NCBI GenBank assembly: GCA_038900335.1
Contig: JBBMRB010000001.1
Coordinates: 290,630-314,629, forward strand
DNA: 24,000 nt
From: Gammaproteobacteria bacterium AS21
Lineage (GTDB): Bacteria; Pseudomonadota; Gammaproteobacteria; Pseudomonadales; Balneatricaceae
Direction of reading: 5' to 3'
Shown piece by piece: positions 18,544-24,000 of this stretch; the stretch's first letter is position 1, and each line of letters starts with the position of its first letter. The translations under genes were made by a program, and so were the position numbers. The notes beneath the pieces are model-generated. The model was not told where the DNA came from. It ran no database searches and saw nothing but the letters and a program-made list of their open reading frames with translations.

Positions 18544-19397
18544 CTATTGTGTTCTAGCCCATATTTCATTTGTAACTGAGCGATAGTGCCATCAGCAATT
18601 AATTCATTCAGAGCCTTACGCATAGGGGCAAGAATCCTGTCATCAATTTTATTATTAAATGCATAACCCATATTCGAATATTTTAATACATGGACTATTT
18701 CAAATTTATTAGCATCAATATTAGCTTTCTTAAACAGAATTTGTGATGTGGCGTGGGCATAACTCATGGCATCAATTCTGCCTGAATCAAGTTTTTTGAC
18801 AATACTGAGCCCTGAGTTAAGTTTATCTAAAGAGTCGGGCTGTACTCCTTCACTAAGCAGTAGCTGTTCCCCTATATCATCTCTGATAACACCAATTGTT
18901 AAGCCTTGAAGATCATTAATATGCTGAACCGATAAGTGGCTAAATTTTGGCGCTATCACGGCGACTATGTTAACTGCGAAAGGCCCTACAAATTTCATTT
19001 CTTTTAATCGTTTTTTAGAATAAGTAGTCGAAAAGAGCGCGGTTTGAGGGTCGTTCAATAGCTGATTATAACCACGTGCCCAAGGGTATATTTTCAATTC
19101 AACTTTATCGCGTGAAACGCCTAATTTATCAAAGATGCTTAATAATATCTCTACTCCAATCCCTGTTATTTCACCGGTTATAGGGTCTTTATAATTAAAT
19201 GGCGGATACTCTTCAGTCACCCAATTTAAATTTTCAATGGCACTAACAATCTGTTTAGGATCATCTAAATCACTACTTGCGATAGCCTGATGGCTAAACA
19301 TTATTGAGAGTATAAATGTGGCGATAACCCTGCTTATCGCAGCCTTGTTGGGGTAGCTATATATCATCGTTCTAAATCTCTTGTACTGCGCAAACAT
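18540..19397 (-). CDS. Periplasmic solute-binding protein, family 3 (amino-acid/polar-ligand type), no transporter partner in view
   Basis: 285 aa with a signal-peptide-like N-terminus (AISRVIATFILSIMFSHQAIA/SS) and SBP_bac_3-like features (WVTEEYPPFNY, GIGVEIL, WARGY, TIGVIRDDIGEQLL). Its stop overlaps the GGDEF-EAL start (ATGA, 18540-18543). The start may be Met11 at 19367. Confidence 0.75.
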   Translation of the reverse strand: MFAQYKRFRTMIYSYPNKAAISRVIATFILSIMFSHQAIASSDLDDPKQIVSAIENLNWVTEEYPPFNYKDPITGEITGIGVEILLSIFDKLGVSRDKVELKIYPWARGYNQLLNDPQTALFSTTYSKKRLKEMKFVGPFAVNIVAVIAPKFSHLSVQHINDLQGLTIGVIRDDIGEQLLLSEGVQPDSLDKLNSGLSIVKKLDSGRIDAMSYAHATSQILFKKANIDANKFEIVHVLKYSNMGYAFNNKIDDRILAPMRKALNELIADGTIAQLQMKYGLEHNR

Positions 19398-19902
19398 ATT
19401 TATAGCGATATAAATGTGTTACTCAAGATTTTGATGTAAATAGGGCATTGAAAAACTTAAAATACTGATAAAATAAATTAATATCCCTTGATGCAAAAGA
19501 GCTAACCCATACCAAAACATAACCGGTATTTGGTGTTAAAGATTATTAATTTATTATTGTTTATGCCCTGCTCTATAATTAGAAAAGCTAAGCTCTTAAC
19601 TAACCAATTATTTTTTTGACTAAAGAAAACTACATTTTTTAACCCGAAAAAGCAATAAAATAAAACATATCAATGGTTTAAAAACATCCAAATTCATACT
19701 TTTGCAACACTCTTTAAGCGCTCATATCTTACAAAGTGATAGCTAAAAAAATTTAAGCGCGCGGGCCTAACTTTAACCATATATCAACTAGAAAATTAAT
19801 AGTTTAGTGATCATGATTTTTCCTTGCTATGTCCTAAGTTGATAGTGTGTAATAACTGCGCTTTTTAAAAGACTGCAATCTAGTATAGGAATTGATCAAA
19901 CT

Positions 19903-20883
19903 ATGGCTTCAACCTTAAAAGCCGATGCTGATGGCGTCATCACACTGTCCTTTTTGCTGTTACCTGAGTATGCGATGATATCGTTATTGTCAGCCATTGA
20001 GCCGCTACGCATCGCTAACCGACTTGCAGGCAAAGAGTTATATCGCTGGCAGTGCTTTAGTAAAGATGGTCTGCCTGTCGTTGCTAGCAATTTAATGATG
20101 TTACAAAATCATTTATCTATAGATGAGCCTACCCTGCCTAAAAACTTAATTGTTAATGCCAGTTTTCACCCTGAAAAATATTGCGATGATCAAGCGATTA
20201 TTAAATGGCTGCGAAAATTACAGCGCAATGACTGCATAATTGGTGCGTTAGACTCCGGCTGCTTTATGTTGGCAAAAGCAGGTTTACTTGCTCACAAGTG
20301 TATTACTATGCACTGGGAAGCCATTCCTATCTTTAAAGAGCAGTATCAGCGACAAAAAATCAGTACTCAGTTGTTTGTTATTGATAAGCACTTAATGACC
20401 TGCGCTGGTGGCACAGCAGCCTCAGATATGGTGCTATATTTAATAGGGCAAGATCATGGCCAAGCACTGGTATTAAACATATGCGATCAATTCATAAAGA
20501 AAAACATCAGACAGCACTCAGATCATCAGCAAATTGATTTGGCAAAAAGCCTCAATATTCATCACCCAAGGTTATTAAACGTTTTAAGGCTGATGGCGAT
20601 AAATATTAGCAATCCAATGACAATTGAGCAGTTAGCAAATTGTGTGCACATATCATTAAGACAACTAGAGCGCTTATTTAAGCAGCATTTTAAATGCACA
20701 GCAAAACAGTATTACCTACAACTAAGGCTTGAGCGTGCTCAACAATTACTGAATGAATCAGACCTCAATATTTATGATATCGCATTGATCACAGGCTTTA
20801 GCTCAAGCTCCCACTTTTGTCGCAGTTATCGCCAACATTTTGCAATAACCGCGAGTCAGCAGCGTGCCTTAAAAAGTAATTGA
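19903..20883 (+). CDS. GlxA-family (DJ-1/PfpI-like N-domain plus AraC HTH) transcriptional regulator, CdhR/GbdR-like
   Basis: 326 aa. The N-terminus has LLLPEYAMISLLSAIEPLRIAN and LDSGCFMLAKAGLL (GATase1-like). The C-terminal AraC double HTH has IEQLANCVHISLRQLERLFKQHF and IYDIALITGFSSSSHFCRSYRQHF. Confidence 0.88.
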   Translation: MASTLKADADGVITLSFLLLPEYAMISLLSAIEPLRIANRLAGKELYRWQCFSKDGLPVVASNLMMLQNHLSIDEPTLPKNLIVNASFHPEKYCDDQAIIKWLRKLQRNDCIIGALDSGCFMLAKAGLLAHKCITMHWEAIPIFKEQYQRQKISTQLFVIDKHLMTCAGGTAASDMVLYLIGQDHGQALVLNICDQFIKKNIRQHSDHQQIDLAKSLNIHHPRLLNVLRLMAINISNPMTIEQLANCVHISLRQLERLFKQHFKCTAKQYYLQLRLERAQQLLNESDLNIYDIALITGFSSSSHFCRSYRQHFAITASQQRALKSN

Positions 20884-20902
20884 ATGACTGAGCTAATTAA
20901 TT

Positions 20903-22093
20903 TTAAGCCAGCTCTCGCTCCAGTACTCTAATTCGTGATAGCAACTCATCCCTATCAACGTAACAACCTTGTAGGTGCCTGTGACCTTGCTCAAGACTAA
21001 ATGCATTGCGTGAATGCAGTACTCGACGATTATCAAAAACCAGTAGATCACCAGCATTCAGGCGATGAAAAAATTGGAAGCGCTCCTGCCTTGCCAATAG
21101 CATAAAACGACGATAGCCTGCGTAAATAGCCTGCATTTTATCCGCGGCTATAGCAATGGGTCCACGTAAGAAATTAGCTAAGCGAACCTCTACCACCTCG
21201 CCTTGATTATTGACAGAAATGGCTGGGCTATCAAAGCGATAATCTGAAGCTTTATCTTTGTTATAAAACGACATTGATAAAGTCGTTAGTGCAATAAAAT
21301 CATCGGGATAGTTTTCGCGAATATACTGCGCTATTTTAAAGCCATCGACTAAAATGGATTCCCCGCCTTGAGCATCATTAACTAAACAGTGCAAAAACTG
21401 TAGGCCAGGTTGCAGTTCTCTTGTTGGCAAATCAGTGTGCAGTGGCAGCCTTAACGTAGTGTAGGCAGCTGAATTTGCGTTGTTTTTAGCAACAACATCA
21501 AAAATGGTACCAAAATTTGTCTCTCTGATAAAAGAGATACGCTCGGCGACTTTTTTTACTGTGTTTTCACTAGTATCAACATTTTTTACAATACTAATAC
21601 CATAATCCCTTACCTCATATAACCAATTAAGTAATGCTTGGCTATCACTCATGATATCCTGATATTGGTGAGTGGGTAAATATTGGCTTATTTGTTGTCT
21701 ATCCCAAAGTGTAGGCTTTAACTGGCGAGCTTCTCTGGATGCTTTCGTGTAGCAATGCTGCTCTAACCAACCGGCTAAGTAACGGCTATGATGATTTTCA
21801 AAATCCCATGTGATTTGCAGCTCATGCTCTGGTGATATATTGGCATTACTAGGTTTTATCGTAAACGGGACATCACATATCTCAAAAATTTGCTCACGTG
21901 TGAGTGAGGTAATACATTGCTCACAGTGGCAGTTATCCCTAAGCCAAAGATAATGGTATTCGCTTTGCGCACCATCATCCCATTCAATAATCAGTTTATC
22001 ATCAAGGCAATTGACACTAATGGGAAGCTTGTTCTTCTCATAAATACTATAACCGACCATGGCTGTTGTGCTGTTATCTGTCGTGACTGGCAT
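20903..22093 (-). CDS. Fe(II)/2-oxoglutarate dioxygenase of the gamma-butyrobetaine / trimethyllysine hydroxylase family (DUF971 N-domain plus TauD fold)
   Basis: 396 aa, collinear with human BBOX1/TMLHE as I recall them. The Cys3His zinc-site context is WLRDNCHCEQC...NHH. Other shared motifs are AERISFIRETNFG, SAAYTTLRLPLHTDLP (HxD iron ligands), PGLQFLHC, GGESILVDGF, GDLLVFDNRRVLHSRNAF and RHLQGCYVDRDELLSRIRVL. AAGGGGA RBS upstream. Confidence 0.88.
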   Translation of the reverse strand: MPVTTDNSTTAMVGYSIYEKNKLPISVNCLDDKLIIEWDDGAQSEYHYLWLRDNCHCEQCITSLTREQIFEICDVPFTIKPSNANISPEHELQITWDFENHHSRYLAGWLEQHCYTKASREARQLKPTLWDRQQISQYLPTHQYQDIMSDSQALLNWLYEVRDYGISIVKNVDTSENTVKKVAERISFIRETNFGTIFDVVAKNNANSAAYTTLRLPLHTDLPTRELQPGLQFLHCLVNDAQGGESILVDGFKIAQYIRENYPDDFIALTTLSMSFYNKDKASDYRFDSPAISVNNQGEVVEVRLANFLRGPIAIAADKMQAIYAGYRRFMLLARQERFQFFHRLNAGDLLVFDNRRVLHSRNAFSLEQGHRHLQGCYVDRDELLSRIRVLERELA

Positions 22094-22126
22094 AACGATT
22101 CCCCTTCATAATTAATGAGCTAATCA

Positions 22127-22170
22127 TAAAGTGTCGCCTAGTTATTTTGTTGTGTTATTTCGACACTTTA
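22127..22170. promoter_or_regulatory. Perfect 10-bp inverted repeat upstream of the dioxygenase gene (candidate operator or 5'-UTR hairpin)
   Basis: TAAAGTGTCG (22127-22136) is the exact reverse complement of CGACACTTTA (22161-22170), with a 24-nt T-rich spacer. It lies 34-77 nt upstream of the start codon at 22093. Confidence 0.3.
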
Positions 22171-22287
22171 TTGCATAAATCGGTCATATTAATCTCTGCT
22201 TGTTAATCTATTATTTAAACGAGATTGTCCAAATAATAGGACTGATTTTTTGATAGTCACCAGTAAAGTGATGACAGACAATGAATG

Positions 22288-22308
22288 TACCTCTGCTGTA
22301 CAGAGGTA
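22288..22308 (-). terminator. 8-bp stem hairpin downstream of the aldolase gene (candidate terminator or attenuator between aldolase and dioxygenase)
   Basis: TACCTCTG-CTGTA-CAGAGGTA is a perfect 8-bp stem with a 5-nt loop, about 65 nt past the aldolase stop on the minus strand. No T-tract follows, so terminator function is uncertain. Confidence 0.3.
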
Positions 22309-22373
22309 TCTCAATTTACATGTTGTGCTGCTTGTTAAAGATTGAGGTCAAGGGCTAATGTTATGAGGTGAGA

Positions 22374-23399
22374 TTAAAGGCTGATCGCTGCGATAAAACC
22401 TGCTACATCTTGCTCTTTCGTTGCCCAGCTCGTTACCAGACGATAACAATCTTGCCCCTCAACAGGCCAGTGATATAAATCATAACCTTGTGCTTTTGCA
22501 CTGTTGTATTGCTCACTAGTGATAGAAATAAACAATTGATTAGTTTGCGCCGCGAAATAACAGCTTCCCAAGCCCTTTTCAGCGATATTTTTAGCGACTA
22601 ATGCTGCCATATTATTGGCATGACAAGCGTTATCTAACCACAAGTTATTGTCAAAATAGCCAAGTAACTGAGCAGATAAAAAGCGCATCTTTGAGGCCAG
22701 ATGGCCCGTCTGCTTGGCATGTGCGCGAATACCAGATGCCAGTAATGGGTTAAATACGACTAAAGCTTCTGCTCCAAAAGTACCATTTTTACTCGCCCCA
22801 AAAGTCATGGCATCAACACCAGCACGACAACTAAGATCCGCTGGATGACAGTCAAAATGTGCAACAGCGTTAGCAAACCTGGCCCCATCGACAAAGTACT
22901 TTAGATTATGTTGCTGACAAATCTTACCCAGTTCATTCATTTGCTCAATACTATAACAGCGACCAAACTCTGTCGCTTGGGTGATCGCCAATGCTGCTGG
23001 TGGCGGGCTATGGATATCATTGATATCAACACCTTGCAGATACTCTTGAAGCCGTGATGCACTAATATTATCTAAATCCGCGCCGACAGTACTCAAGCGA
23101 GCACCACCGGTAAACAGTTGTGGCGCTGTGCTTTCTGATACCGCTAAGTGGCTATTTGGATGGCAGATAATGCTTTGTCTGCCATGACACATCTGCCCTA
23201 GTGCTAAGCAATTAGCCGCTGTACCGGTCAGTACAGGGAAAACATATGCTTGCTGGCCAAAAAGTGTAGAGACACAATCATTGAGCTTGGCTGTTAAAGC
23301 ATCATCACCGTAAGGTAGATCATAACCATTTTGAGCATGCTGCTGTACATACTGCCAAATTTCGGGGCTTGCAGGTGCGGTATTATCCGATAGAAACAT
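22374..23399 (-). CDS. ltaE: PLP-dependent low-specificity threonine aldolase family protein (beta-hydroxy-alpha-amino-acid aldolase)
   Basis: 341 aa with the threonine-aldolase / beta-eliminating-lyase fold pattern (YGDD, TGTAANCLAL, DGARFANA). The PLP-lysine context is MTFGASKNGTFGAEALV. AAGGA RBS 8 nt upstream. The symbol reflects family only, not a proven substrate. Confidence 0.8.
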   Translation of the reverse strand: MFLSDNTAPASPEIWQYVQQHAQNGYDLPYGDDALTAKLNDCVSTLFGQQAYVFPVLTGTAANCLALGQMCHGRQSIICHPNSHLAVSESTAPQLFTGGARLSTVGADLDNISASRLQEYLQGVDINDIHSPPPAALAITQATEFGRCYSIEQMNELGKICQQHNLKYFVDGARFANAVAHFDCHPADLSCRAGVDAMTFGASKNGTFGAEALVVFNPLLASGIRAHAKQTGHLASKMRFLSAQLLGYFDNNLWLDNACHANNMAALVAKNIAEKGLGSCYFAAQTNQLFISITSEQYNSAKAQGYDLYHWPVEGQDCYRLVTSWATKEQDVAGFIAAISL

Positions 23400-23538
23400 T
23401 TTTAAATCCTTAGTGATAACGATAGCTGACGATTAATATTTAGCTAAATGTAAAAAATCGTTGAAGGTTGTTGATCATTGTCTATATTCCCCATAATATA
23501 TTAATTATACAGTTGAATAACAAGGGGAGTTTAAGCTT

Positions 23539-24000
23539 ATGATTATAAAAACGGCAACCGCCTCACCTAATGGTCTATTAGTGACATGGGCCGATGGCAG
23601 TGACCAGAATTTTCCATGGCTTTGGGTTATGGACCACGGTGATGATGAAAACAGTGTCAATAGTAAAACACTACAGCGAAATATTGATACTTTCGCGCTC
23701 ACTCAAAGCTTAAAAGGTGAACAGGTTACTTTGCTTGATCAACAGATCATTAGCATCCGTTGGAATAGTGGTGAGCAAACCAGCATCTCTTGCTTACGCC
23801 TTGCGCAAGTCACTGGCCGTACATTGAGTGATGAGCAACTCTCAGCCGCCTCATATAAAATATTATGGCAGCAAGATACTATGCTCGATGAAATCCCTAG
23901 CATTGATTATCAGGATGTTCTCGCTGATGATCAAGGTGTACTGAACTGGTTAAATAATATCGATAAGTATGGGTTTTGTGTTGTCAATGGCACGCTAGCG
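23539..24000 (+). CDS. Second gamma-butyrobetaine / trimethyllysine hydroxylase-family dioxygenase, 3'-truncated by the window edge (absent from the supplied ORF track)
   Basis: Hand translation from the ATG at 23539 (RBS AAGGGGAG at 23522-23529) gives 154 codons open to the window end: MIIKTATASPNGLLVTWADGSDQNFPWLWVMDHGDDENSVNSKTLQRNIDTFAL...ILWQQDTMLDEIPSIDYQDVLADDQGVLNWLNNIDKYGFCVVNGTLA. It is collinear with the N-terminal third of the 20903-22093 protein (LIIEWDDG...YLWLRD, LLNWLYEVRDYGISIVKNV). It is divergent from the aldolase gene. Confidence 0.8.
   Translation, partial: MIIKTATASPNGLLVTWADGSDQNFPWLWVMDHGDDENSVNSKTLQRNIDTFALTQSLKGEQVTLLDQQIISIRWNSGEQTSISCLRLAQVTGRTLSDEQLSAASYKILWQQDTMLDEIPSIDYQDVLADDQGVLNWLNNIDKYGFCVVNGTLA

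Noticed and set aside
19896-23702. Short ORFs 19896-20090 (minus), 21917-22111 (plus) and 23505-23702 (minus)
   Set aside because: Each overlaps the 5' end of a well-supported gene (the GlxA regulator, the first dioxygenase and the second dioxygenase) on the opposite strand. The last one occupies the very region where the real but unlisted dioxygenase CDS starts.
1-24000. Looked for phage-defence islands, toxin-antitoxin pairs, transposases, integrases, CRISPR repeats and tRNA/rRNA genes
   Set aside because: No regularly spaced direct repeats, no recombinase, nuclease or helicase-type ORFs, and no tRNA-like cloverleaf candidates were recognised. Composition appears uniform across the window, so there is no evidence for a mobile or defence island.

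Overview
Visibly AT-rich chromosomal segment that looks like a marine gammaproteobacterium (Alteromonadales-like; this is inference from composition and protein style only). I see no rRNA, tRNA, CRISPR array, transposase or integrase. Positions 1-8807 are housekeeping: the 3' end of a SitBCD/YfeBCD-type metal ABC importer, ybaK, frmB, rlmF, a UPF0126/TRIC membrane protein, a dCache chemoreceptor and purU. Two blocks deserve attention. (1) 9507-16279 is a same-strand six-gene signalling cluster. It encodes a stressosome-type RsbR (3xPAS-STAS), RsbS, RsbT and RsbX module. This is followed directly by a hybrid histidine kinase (HisKA-HATPase-REC-REC-Hpt) and a REC-HD-GYP c-di-GMP phosphodiesterase. 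No sigma factor or RsbV/RsbW partner is present in the window. A translationally coupled periplasmic-binding-protein plus GGDEF-EAL pair sits convergent to it (16357-19397). (2) 19903-24000 encodes a GlxA/CdhR-type AraC regulator, two paralogous dioxygenases of the trimethyllysine / gamma-butyrobetaine family, and a PLP threonine aldolase between them. The second dioxygenase runs off the window end and is missing from the ORF track. This enzyme set mirrors three of the four steps of the eukaryotic carnitine pathway. All functional calls rest on motif reading of the translations, with no database search.
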